Source of the DNA: Candidatus Bathyarchaeum tardum
GTDB taxonomy: Archaea > Thermoproteota > Bathyarchaeia > Bathyarchaeales > Bathyarchaeaceae
Length of the DNA stretch: 64,000 nt
Assembly (NCBI GenBank): GCA_024650005.2
Contig: CP122380.1
Location: 64,001-128,000, forward strand
Direction: 5' to 3'
Made by a program: the position numbers and the translations under genes. The notes below the pieces were generated by a model, which did not search any database, was not told the DNA's origin, and saw only the letters and a list, made by a program, of their open reading frames with translations. Positions 9,830 to 18,738 of the stretch are shown piece after piece; the first letter of the stretch is position 1; each line of letters begins with the position of its first letter.

Positions 9830-10599
9830 AACAAACAACCATTGAAGAACAAAAAAAAGTTGAATTAAAAAATCCAATCCTAATTGAAGGATTTCCAGGC
9901 TTGGGCATGGTAGGCAGCATCGCCACAAAATACCTTGTAAAACAACTAAAAGCTGAAAAAGTTGGAACCTTGTATTCACCCCATTTTCCATACCATGTAA
10001 TCGTAAGCAAAAAAGGTGGAGTTAGACTTCTTCGTGGAGAATTCTATGTATGGAAAAACGAGTCAGGAAAAAACGATTTCATATTCCTGATTGGAGACAG
10101 TCAAGCCCAAACAATTGAAGGGCAATTTGAAGTAGCAAATACTATTCTTGATTTTGCTGAACAAAAAAACGTTGAGACAATTATCACCATTGGGGGATAC
10201 AGAAACGAATTCGAGGGTGACCCAAAAATTGTTGCAGTAGCAACCAATCCAGAGCTGTTTGAACAGGCACAAAAAGCAAAGGCGTTACCCAGCGAAGCAG
10301 GAACTCCAATCGTTGGTACTGCAGGTTTACTGTTAGGATTAGCACAATTCAGAAATGTTCATGCTCTCTGTTTATTAGGTGAAACCAGAGGCTATTTACC
10401 CGATCCAAAAACTGCAAAAAGCATCATTGAAGTTTTGCAAGGATTCTTGAATGTAACTGTTGACCTAACAGAATTAGATAAAGAAATAGAAAAAGCCAAA
10501 GAAGTTCTGGGCAGAATGCAAGATATAGAAAAACGTCGAGCAAAATACATGCAAAACATAAGAAAAGTAGAAGAAGAGAAGATCACTTACATCTCTTAA
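9826..10599 (+). CDS. PAC2 family proteasome assembly chaperone (PbaA/B-like)
   Basis: ILIEGFPGLGMVGSIA, IITIGGY, IVGTAGLLLG, LLGETRGYLPDPKTA; C-terminal YIS; usual neighbour of nop10. Confidence 0.9.
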   Translation: MKQTTIEEQKKVELKNPILIEGFPGLGMVGSIATKYLVKQLKAEKVGTLYSPHFPYHVIVSKKGGVRLLRGEFYVWKNESGKNDFIFLIGDSQAQTIEGQFEVANTILDFAEQKNVETIITIGGYRNEFEGDPKIVAVATNPELFEQAQKAKALPSEAGTPIVGTAGLLLGLAQFRNVHALCLLGETRGYLPDPKTAKSIIEVLQGFLNVTVDLTELDKEIEKAKEVLGRMQDIEKRRAKYMQNIRKVEEEKITYIS

Positions 10600-10620
10600 C
10601 TTCTTTTTTCAGTTTATTTT

Positions 10621-12888
10621 TTAGTAAATGACTTTATAGACACACACCATTGCTGTAAAGTATCCTCCATCTGATGTTGGATACAATTCAGGTGTTGTGA
10701 AGAAGGCTTCTTCGAAGTGTTCTAACACAATGTTGGAACTACCAGAGATAACCATGTCACGGGCATAGTGCATCAACTTGTATAAGACAGAACTGTTTCC
10801 AAGCTCATTTACAACCAACTCGCTATCTGCCACCGAGCCATCTTGGTTTGCGTCTACCCAATCCTGTCCCAAACTGTAGTTGCCGTATTTCTTATCATCC
10901 AAACCAGCAATTCTTGCCATCCAGCGCCACTTGCCTTCGTCACCGTATCCGATATCGTTTCCGTCTATGTCGAAAGTCATGAACAAAGTAACATATTCTG
11001 CATCGAAACCTTCCAAAATCTGGATAGATGCAGTTTCATTAGAAACAAACATTTCACCGATTTTACCAATCTGTGTAGTGTTCACTGTACCGTTATCCGC
11101 AAGAGTTGTTACATTACCAATCGTAGTAATCCAATAACCATAATCCCACCAAGCCGCCACCACAGTGCTTGAATTTAGATTGGTTCGCATCCAGTTAAGT
11201 GAATCTAACCAATAACTAACTTCGGCCCTCAAAGGCAAACTTGAAGCAGCTATGGTTGTTGGAGAATAGGCTCTGTTTATGGTACGTGAATAGGATGCAC
11301 TGTCAGCCGGCAACACAAAGTTTACAGTCAACAACAAAAGCAGCAAACCAATAAAGCCTGCACTGAATTCTTTGCCTACCTTAGGTAGGAAACGCTTTTT
11401 ACGTCTCGAAACTTTAGGGTCATCACGCAAAATCTCAGCAAAAGGCTTAACCAATTGGACTAAAGCCAAAGCCCAAATAATGCTAACGGCAGGAGCCAAC
11501 AGCAAACTCAACCTTGCCATGGATCCTGCAAAGTAAATTGCAGTCAAACCAAAAATCGCAACAAAAATGTTCCGGTTTGTGGGTTTTTGTAATATAAAAA
11601 ACAAACCTATGGGAACAAAAAGTGCTCCAATTCCCAAATCATAATAATATGATCCCCAGGTGCTGGGTCGATGTTCTTGTACAGATTGTACAAGTTGTTG
11701 TGTAGGAGTTTCACCAAGACGTTGACTGGGGTTTATGACGGTTAAGAATTTTTCTCCTAAAGGTCCCATTAAATTAAAAGCAGCTAGCGCTGCGAATACA
11801 ACGACAATAATGGTTAAGAACCCAACAACAAACATTAGTTTATTTTTTGGAACAGTAATACGGGTAGAAACTTCATACATTACAAGTAAAAGAAACATTC
11901 CTGCAGTAGCAAGAACTGTAGGTTCCACCAGAAAACCTACACCTAATTTTGGCACATTAATTGCTATCAGAAGACCAACAGCAAAAGTTGTAGCATATGA
12001 AAGTAGCAGACGTGTTGAATATCTACGTAAAATAAGTAACACGAACACGAAAACTAAAACAATTCCAAGAGGATACCTTGCTGCACCCCAAGATGCAAAT
12101 AGGTAACCTAGGGATAATCCGCCTAAAGCACCATATGTTATTGTTCCTTTGTTTGACCTTTGTTGGTCAATTGACCGTAAGAAGAAGAAAACAAACAAAA
12201 GGATACCAAATATTCCAATATTTTCGTCGTCAAAAAAGCCCAAAGAAGTTCTGCTGATATAAGCTGCACTTACGGCTAAAAAGAAAGCTGAAAACAGACC
12301 AACTCCTTTGCCGCCAATGTCTTTTCCTACAAAATACATCACTAGAACGGTCAAGGTTGCCATTATTACTGGAAAGATTACACAGAAATTGAAAATTGGA
12401 TCAGCATTTAACGGATGATAAACTGCTGAACCCAGAACAGGATCAGGGGCAAGGTTCAGTGCATTAGCTATTTGATAGAAAACAGCTGCTGTTGTAGCCA
12501 AACCGGGAAGAATAGCGGTTGAAATATCATATCCCCCAGGGTACCAACTCATGGGGTCTATCCATGATGTGTAACCATTCAGTCCGTTTTCTACTATGAA
12601 TTTTGTTGCCCGATAATGAATATGGGGGTCAAATTCTGAAAGTTGATATCCCCAACGTAAGGGAAGTAATCTGATCGTAGCTGCAATAACAAGAATAATT
12701 GCTAGTAACGAGAAATGAATCAAAGTTGAATGAGAAATTCCAAGACGGAAAGAGCCAATGCTAGATAATGTACTACCTGCGCTTTCTTTCCTAAACAGTT
12801 TTCCAATTTTCACTGCGAACCCTTCTCTTCGTGAATGAGGTCGTGAAGCATATATCTTTTTTGTGGTATCCCATAGTGGTTGAAGCAT
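10621..12888 (-). CDS. aglB: Oligosaccharyltransferase AglB/STT3
   Basis: EFDPHIHYR, FFDDE, SVQEH, WWDYG, DNGT and DEGKWRWMARIA motifs; about 13 TM helices; start may be downstream. Confidence 0.95.
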   Translation of the reverse strand: MLQPLWDTTKKIYASRPHSRREGFAVKIGKLFRKESAGSTLSSIGSFRLGISHSTLIHFSLLAIILVIAATIRLLPLRWGYQLSEFDPHIHYRATKFIVENGLNGYTSWIDPMSWYPGGYDISTAILPGLATTAAVFYQIANALNLAPDPVLGSAVYHPLNADPIFNFCVIFPVIMATLTVLVMYFVGKDIGGKGVGLFSAFFLAVSAAYISRTSLGFFDDENIGIFGILLFVFFFLRSIDQQRSNKGTITYGALGGLSLGYLFASWGAARYPLGIVLVFVFVLLILRRYSTRLLLSYATTFAVGLLIAINVPKLGVGFLVEPTVLATAGMFLLLVMYEVSTRITVPKNKLMFVVGFLTIIVVVFAALAAFNLMGPLGEKFLTVINPSQRLGETPTQQLVQSVQEHRPSTWGSYYYDLGIGALFVPIGLFFILQKPTNRNIFVAIFGLTAIYFAGSMARLSLLLAPAVSIIWALALVQLVKPFAEILRDDPKVSRRKKRFLPKVGKEFSAGFIGLLLLLLTVNFVLPADSASYSRTINRAYSPTTIAASSLPLRAEVSYWLDSLNWMRTNLNSSTVVAAWWDYGYWITTIGNVTTLADNGTVNTTQIGKIGEMFVSNETASIQILEGFDAEYVTLFMTFDIDGNDIGYGDEGKWRWMARIAGLDDKKYGNYSLGQDWVDANQDGSVADSELVVNELGNSSVLYKLMHYARDMVISGSSNIVLEHFEEAFFTTPELYPTSDGGYFTAMVCVYKVIY

Positions 12889-13002
12889 ATTACGGAACAG
12901 AAAATTTAACGTTTAGGCTAGTTTAGGCAAAAAATCAAAAAAAGGAAGAAAAATATGGGTTATAGGGAAGCTAAAAACAAAAGTGAAATGATTTGTTGAC
13001 AA

Positions 13003-13224
13003 TTAGTGTCTTCGTCTGGAGTTGCCTGCAGATTTTACTTCAACTTTTGTTGGCACAAACCCTATTTTTTTACCACAGTTAGGGCATTTTCCCGCATGAG
13101 TTTGGATGATTTCATCCGGGGGTTTTAGATCTGTGCCTTCGTATAAAACAAAACCACATTTATCACAAAGTACTTGTTGAGGCAATGTCTCACAGCCTTG
13201 TAGACGCAAAATAAATTCATACAT
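13003..13224 (-). CDS. Small zinc-ribbon protein
   Basis: CDKC...CPNCG pairs; start may be the internal TTG (LPQQVLC). Confidence 0.7.
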   Translation of the reverse strand: MYEFILRLQGCETLPQQVLCDKCGFVLYEGTDLKPPDEIIQTHAGKCPNCGKKIGFVPTKVEVKSAGNSRRRH

Positions 13225-13324
13225 GCTTTTATATATTCCGACGTTTTATTGACGCCATAGTGGATAAATTACGGTTATCTGCTAGTTTACCCTAAATATT
13301 GTTTGAACCGTTTATACAATTTTA

Positions 13325-15436
13325 ATGATTACAACAATAGAACAGGAAACGTTAATGGAAAAATACAAGCTGATAGTCGCTGAAAAACCAGATGCTGCAA
13401 AAAGAATAGCATATGCTCTTGATTATCAGGGTAAACCAGAAAAACTCGACGAGAATGGTGTTCCATATTTTATTGCTAAACGAGATCGATTGCTTGTTAT
13501 TGTTCCAGCCATTGGTCATCTTTACAGCATCAGTCAAGAGGGTGGAAAAAAAAGTTGTTATCCTGTTTTTAATTACAAATGGGCACCCCGACATTTGATA
13601 GAACGTGATGCAAAATCAGTTCGCAAATGGGTTGAAATATTTTCCAAACTTTCCCAGAATGCAGATGCATTCATTTCGGCTTGCGACTATGATATTGAAG
13701 GAAGTTTAATTGGATATTGCATTCTCAAGTATGCATGCTACAACAAGGAAACTTCTGCAAAACGGATGAAATTTTCTACCCTTATGAAATCTGAACTAGA
13801 AAAAGCCTACGAAGAGCCCCAAGAACATTTGGATTTTCTCTTAATAGAATCAGGAAAAACTAGGCATGAAGTTGACTGGTTATATGGAATAAATCTTTCA
13901 CGAGCATTAAGTTTAGCAGCCCAACGTCAGAGCGGGAACTACTCAACGTTAAGCACAGGTAGAGTTCAAGGTCCCACATTACAAGTTTTAGCAGATAGAG
14001 AGAAAAAAATCAACAATTTTGTTCCAACACCTTATTGGCAAATAAAAACAGATGTTCAAATCGACAATTCAGTTGTTGAAGCTGAGTTTGAAAAAACCCG
14101 AATTGAAACAAAAACAGAAGCAGATAAAATACTAGAAGATTGCAAAAACCAAACTGGCACCGTAGCAAGTGTAGATTTGAAAACCGTTCATCAGAAGCCT
14201 CCGGTGCCCTTTGATGTTGGTACATTACAACGTGAAGCCTACAGTATTTTCGGATACACGCCACGACGAACGTTAGCAATTGCTCAACACTTGTATCTTG
14301 ATGCATTGATTTCATATCCTCGAACAAGTAGCCAAAAGTTGCCTCCTGAGATTGATTATCGAAAAATCCTTGGTTCTTTGAAATTTCAACGAGGATACAA
14401 AAATTTAGCTTCAAAACTCTTAGAACAGGATACTTTGAAACCGCGAGAAGGGATTAAAGATGACCCAGCTCATCCTGCAGTTTATCCGACAGGAAAATTA
14501 CCTGAAAAGCCTTTAGGCATTGATGAAAAACGAGTTTGGGACCTAATTATTCGCCGCTTTATGGCTGTTTTTGCTGAAGATGCACTCAAGGAATCCGTAA
14601 AGGTATGTCTTGAAATTTACAAATATGGTTTTGTTGTAAAAGGAAGGCGACTATTAAAAGAGGGCTGGATGGAATATTACAAACCTTTTGTGCGAACTGA
14701 AGAACATGTTTTACCAGCCATCGCACAGGGAGATAACATACGAATACTAGAAATCAAAGGGGAAGACAAGTTTACTTGTCCACCTTCTCGTTATAATCCT
14801 AGTAGTCTTTTGAAAAAGATGGAAAAACTAGAAATTGGAACGAAAGCTACCCGAGCAAACATTATCCAAACCCTTTACAGCCGCAAATACGTCAAAGATG
14901 AAAGAATCACAGTAACAGAACTAGGATTCAATGTTGCTAAAGTTCTAGGTCAATATGCTCCTGTTTTGTCTTCAGTGGCGTTAACCCGAGAAATTGAAGA
15001 GAAAATGGAACAAATCCAAAAAGGCGGTATGAAGCGAGAAACAGTTATTGAAGAAGTTATTGAAAAATTAAAGCCCCAACTGGAAACATTCAAAGAAAAC
15101 GAAAAAACCATCGGTGAATTACTAAGTGAGGCAAAAAAGAAAACCCATGTTCAAGAGCGTGTTGTGGGAAAATGTCCGGTTTGCAGCTCAGGGGATTTAG
15201 TGATTATTTATTCCCGAAATACAAAGAAGCGTTTTATAGGCTGCACCAACTATTTTAATGGGGTTTGTAAAACTTCTTTTCCACTCCCTCAAAGGGGCAC
15301 GATTAAGCCAACAAAAACTAAATGCAAGGCTTGTGGTTGGCCCCAAGTTCTGGTTTGGACAAAAGGGAAAAAGCCATGGAGTTTGTGTTTTAACCTTAAC
15401 TGTTCGCTTAAAAGCAACAAGAGGAAGAAAAATTGA
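13325..15436 (+). CDS. topA: DNA topoisomerase I (type IA)
   Basis: LIVAEKPDAA TOPRIM, ACDYDIEG, STGRVQGPTL, LISYPRT catalytic Tyr, C-terminal Zn ribbons. Confidence 0.96.
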   Translation: MITTIEQETLMEKYKLIVAEKPDAAKRIAYALDYQGKPEKLDENGVPYFIAKRDRLLVIVPAIGHLYSISQEGGKKSCYPVFNYKWAPRHLIERDAKSVRKWVEIFSKLSQNADAFISACDYDIEGSLIGYCILKYACYNKETSAKRMKFSTLMKSELEKAYEEPQEHLDFLLIESGKTRHEVDWLYGINLSRALSLAAQRQSGNYSTLSTGRVQGPTLQVLADREKKINNFVPTPYWQIKTDVQIDNSVVEAEFEKTRIETKTEADKILEDCKNQTGTVASVDLKTVHQKPPVPFDVGTLQREAYSIFGYTPRRTLAIAQHLYLDALISYPRTSSQKLPPEIDYRKILGSLKFQRGYKNLASKLLEQDTLKPREGIKDDPAHPAVYPTGKLPEKPLGIDEKRVWDLIIRRFMAVFAEDALKESVKVCLEIYKYGFVVKGRRLLKEGWMEYYKPFVRTEEHVLPAIAQGDNIRILEIKGEDKFTCPPSRYNPSSLLKKMEKLEIGTKATRANIIQTLYSRKYVKDERITVTELGFNVAKVLGQYAPVLSSVALTREIEEKMEQIQKGGMKRETVIEEVIEKLKPQLETFKENEKTIGELLSEAKKKTHVQERVVGKCPVCSSGDLVIIYSRNTKKRFIGCTNYFNGVCKTSFPLPQRGTIKPTKTKCKACGWPQVLVWTKGKKPWSLCFNLNCSLKSNKRKKN

Positions 15437-15657
15437 AGTGCATAATTTGTGGCAGATCCTCAAATGAGGAGTATTGTTTGTTTCATAAGAAAGCTTGTAG
15501 CAATCTTATTCAAAAATTTGATGAATGGCAACAAGCTACAGGGGTTTCGTGGAAGCAATATTTAAAAGCTGTAGTTGAGAATTCATACACAGGCGCTTGG
15601 GCAAAAGAAGTTGCAGAGCATTTATTGAAAAACAAGGATGGAAAAAATATTGTCTAA
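15433..15657 (+). CDS. Small Cys/His-containing hypothetical protein
   Basis: CIICG...YCLFH; overlaps both topA and the next gene, consistent with an operon. Confidence 0.65.
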   Translation: MKCIICGRSSNEEYCLFHKKACSNLIQKFDEWQQATGVSWKQYLKAVVENSYTGAWAKEVAEHLLKNKDGKNIV

Positions 15658-16060
15658 CAGTTTCGATAAAAAAAAGTCATCCCTTGCCTTTTCGTTGCAA
15701 AAAACTTACGAAAAAATATTGAACTTTAAACCTTCATTTTTCATTATTGGTCTTTTAGCTGTCGCTGCTTCAATCTTTTTGTTCGCTGGAGGAATCTACA
15801 ACCTTTTAATGAAGCCCATCGTGGCAATTGTCGCTGGTGGATCAATAATTAGTTTTTATCCATATGGAATAACTGAACAATTACTCCTAGAAAGCATACT
15901 AGTTATGATCTTTTACACCCTTGGATTTGCAGGTTTACTAATATCTTACAGAAGCACAAAACACGCATCCAATCCTCGGGAAGCATACAGGTTCCTTTTG
16001 GTAGGCGTTGTTCTATTTGTTATAGCATATATTCTGTTAGAAGTGAACTTGTTTGCTTAG
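15638..16060 (+). CDS. OST3/OST6/OSTC(DC2)-like oligosaccharyltransferase accessory membrane protein
   Basis: 3 TM helices; GGIYNLLMKP...FYPYGITEQLLLESILVMIFYTLGFAGL resembles eukaryotic OSTC GGIIYDVIVEP...[27 protein letters not shown]. Confidence 0.65.
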   Translation: MEKILSNSFDKKKSSLAFSLQKTYEKILNFKPSFFIIGLLAVAASIFLFAGGIYNLLMKPIVAIVAGGSIISFYPYGITEQLLLESILVMIFYTLGFAGLLISYRSTKHASNPREAYRFLLVGVVLFVIAYILLEVNLFA

Positions 16061-16093
16061 TTAAGCAGCTGGTTTTTTCAGCAAAAATAATGT

Positions 16094-16639
16094 TTACTTG
16101 TTTTTTCGTTTATTTTTCATGTTTAACAAGGCTGCCCCCAAATTTGTTAACCAATGCGTAGGTATAGTTATCAAGAGAATTATCAAAGCAGAAACCAAAG
16201 AGGGGGGAGAAACTGGAATTGAAAACAAGAAAGCACCCAAGATGAAATCCAGTTGATCTGCTATTGGAAGGTTGCTCCCAGGAGAACGGTTTAGGCGCCG
16301 TTTAATGCAGGATTCTATTAGGTCTCCGGTTACTGCTCCGACGGATATCATGAACCCAAGAAGTATGCTATATTGAAACTGAGGACCATACTGGAACAGA
16401 ACTTGTTCATAGATAATGGTTTGAATCAATCCGACAAGTGTTCCTATTATGATGCCTACAAAAAATCCCCGGAAGGTTTTGTGGGAACCAAACAAGGGTT
16501 TGCCGTCAACGAAATTTTTGCCAAAATCCATGGGTTTGCCGCCGCCAAAGATTACTGGCGCCCCGTTGGCACAGTATGCGGGAAAAATGAACCATAATGC
16601 AACAGCGATGTCGATTAGTATTTTTGTCATTTCGTTCAT
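16094..16639 (-). CDS. carS: CDP-archaeol synthase
   Basis: PAYCANGAPVIFGGGKPMDFG, HKTFRG, GDLIESCIKRRL, DQLDF. Confidence 0.95.
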   Translation of the reverse strand: MNEMTKILIDIAVALWFIFPAYCANGAPVIFGGGKPMDFGKNFVDGKPLFGSHKTFRGFFVGIIIGTLVGLIQTIIYEQVLFQYGPQFQYSILLGFMISVGAVTGDLIESCIKRRLNRSPGSNLPIADQLDFILGAFLFSIPVSPPSLVSALIILLITIPTHWLTNLGAALLNMKNKRKNK

Positions 16640-16667
16640 ACCTTATCCGTTGTCCAAGAAAATAACT

Positions 16668-17360
16668 CTAGTGTCTGTAATCAGTTATTCCAGAGCTTTC
16701 TATCTTTACATGAACATATCCAGTTCCCTTGATAGTAGGATGTTTTTCTCTAAGGACCTTTATGACCCGAGTTTGCCCAGACTGGCGCATATCCAAAACA
16801 ATATCTGACCAGTAATTCAGAACACGGGTTGCTACTGGTTTGGTTTTGACTGACTCTCCAATAGGGACACTTCTCACCTGGCTGATTATAAGGACTGCCA
16901 CGTTGCGGGTTTTGGCGATTTGTTTCAAAACTGCGATTTGCCGGTTTAACTCACGGTTTAAGGCATAAGTTTTTTCTATGTCGTCAAGTTCAGCACGGTA
17001 TAACGACGTGACGGTGTCAACGACAATCAAGCCAAACTTGTTTGTTATGATTTTTTCTAAGTGATCTAGGGCTTGGGATTGGTCTTGAAAGGTTGTTGGG
17101 CGCATTATAATCAGGAAAGGAGAAATTTTTTCATAATCATATTCTGCTATCTGGGATAGCCGTTCATAAGAAAAGGTTCCATCGGTGTCTATGAACAGCG
17201 ACTTGATGCCTCTGCGTGCGAGGGTAACTGCACATTGAACAACAAGGGAAGTTTTGCCGGTTTCTGCTTCTCCATAAATAAGGGAAATGGATTCGGTGAG
17301 GAATCCTCCTCCCAGTAGTTTGTCAAGGGAAACACACCCAGTCTTAACGTAATTCTGCAA
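16668..17360 (-). CDS. radB: RecA-family recombination mediator RadB-like
   Basis: TGCVSLDKLLGGG, GEAETGKT, IVVDTVTSLYR, ISQVR; no RadA N-terminal domain. Confidence 0.85.
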   Translation of the reverse strand: MQNYVKTGCVSLDKLLGGGFLTESISLIYGEAETGKTSLVVQCAVTLARRGIKSLFIDTDGTFSYERLSQIAEYDYEKISPFLIIMRPTTFQDQSQALDHLEKIITNKFGLIVVDTVTSLYRAELDDIEKTYALNRELNRQIAVLKQIAKTRNVAVLIISQVRSVPIGESVKTKPVATRVLNYWSDIVLDMRQSGQTRVIKVLREKHPTIKGTGYVHVKIESSGITDYRH

Positions 17361-17560
17361 TATGCCTACACAAGAAACGAAATATGGTATATGAAATAAT
17401 AAGGATTGTTCTGGTTCAGTTTTAGCTGGATAAAGTTTCGGAACATATTTAAGCCAAAAACCAAAACAAAAACCACACGTAGGTTCAAGGTCATGTACAC
17501 ATACTGTTCTTCAAATTCTATACATGCTTTTTTCCCCGTGAAAAATGGAAAGGGTAACAA

Positions 17561-18184
17561 ATGAAGAAAAAAATTGCAGTTGCAACTGTTAATGGGCGGG
17601 CGTACTACGAACTTGTTAACGAATTATACAACAAACGGTTACCGTTCTTGAGCTTCAAACCTTGGGACAGTATTCCACCATACATTAAAGTAGTCTTAAC
17701 AACCAAAGAAGAATGTGACAAGGTTTCACATCCTACAGTTTTATGTTATAAACAAGGCTCAAACCCTGAATCTGTTGTCGATGAAGCGGTTTTAAAAATA
17801 CAAGGGAAACAAGTTTACGAAAAAATTGTTGTTGGAGTTGACCCAGGGGACAGCTGCGGCGTAGCAATTCTTGGAGACAACAAAGTTATCGAAACAAAAA
17901 CAGCTTCTAGCATAAACGATGCTGCAAATTTGATTGTAGAAAGTGTGAAAAGGTTTCCTGCAGAAAGTAAAATCGTGCGAATTGGAGATGGAACTCCAGA
18001 ATACACCCATGTTCTAGTTAGTTTGTTAGATGAGATTTTACCTCAAGAAATTTTGGTTGAAATCGTGAAAGAAGCCGGAACAAGCCGACTACTCCGTACA
18101 TCAGTGAACCGAAGGGTCCTAAGAGACAAAATTTCTGCAATAAAAATAGCTGGAAAAACAGGACAAGTTTATGCACGAAAATAA
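17561..18184 (+). CDS. RNase H-fold (YqgF/RuvC-like) protein with extra N-terminal domain
   Basis: IVVGVDPGDSCGVAILG, VRIGDG, IVKEAGTS, DKISAIKIA motifs. Confidence 0.6.
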   Translation: MKKKIAVATVNGRAYYELVNELYNKRLPFLSFKPWDSIPPYIKVVLTTKEECDKVSHPTVLCYKQGSNPESVVDEAVLKIQGKQVYEKIVVGVDPGDSCGVAILGDNKVIETKTASSINDAANLIVESVKRFPAESKIVRIGDGTPEYTHVLVSLLDEILPQEILVEIVKEAGTSRLLRTSVNRRVLRDKISAIKIAGKTGQVYARK

Positions 18185-18288
18185 TGGTTAAACCCAAATT
18201 TTTCCAAACATTTGAAAAAGTTTCTTGCTACAAAGGCTAAATAACGTGTTTAAACCATTTTTACAATATAACATGGGGAGCATAGAAT

Positions 18289-18645
18289 TTGTCACGAGTA
18301 AAAATAACAAAACACGAACTTGTAGATAAGAACACAATATTTTTTTCTGTTCTGTTGGAAACAGCAAACGCTAATCAACTTTTCTTAAGTGAAACCGAAG
18401 ATAAACTTGGAACATTAGCGGTATCTATGCCCCAACCAAAAAAGATGGTTGGCAGTCCTGTTTCATCAGTTCTTTTAGGCGACCGCAACATGATGATCAC
18501 CCGCTTGTTAGCAGAAATTTTGGCTAAAAAAACCGAAAAAATGAGTTTAGTTTCAGTTTTTGTAAAATCTCTTAACGAACAAGAAGCGGGTCCAATTCTT
18601 CGAAAACTCTTGGATGAGACCCTCAAAAAAATGGAAGAAAAATAA
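18289..18645 (+). CDS. PAC4/PSMG4-like proteasome assembly chaperone
   Basis: LGTLAVSMP...PVSSVLLGD...LLAEILAKKTEKMSLVS closely parallels eukaryotic PAC4 (LRNLAVAM...PVSTSLLGD...LAQRLARKTNKQVFVS, recalled from memory). Confidence 0.7.
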   Translation: MSRVKITKHELVDKNTIFFSVLLETANANQLFLSETEDKLGTLAVSMPQPKKMVGSPVSSVLLGDRNMMITRLLAEILAKKTEKMSLVSVFVKSLNEQEAGPILRKLLDETLKKMEEK

Positions 18646-18738
18646 CATAAGCAAACTGTTTGCCGTTTTTGTTGTTGGTTTCCAGCTAACACATATATTT
18701 GACCTATTGTACGTAGTTTTGGAAATTCCGGAGGAACC

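Noticed and set aside
9707-10010. Minus-strand ORFs 9707-9991 and 9762-10010
   Set aside because: Antisense to nop10 and the PAC2 gene, with no recognisable motifs
17366-17560. 64-aa ORF between radB and the YqgF-like gene
   Set aside because: Occupies the divergent promoter region, is low-complexity Phe-rich and has no supporting motif
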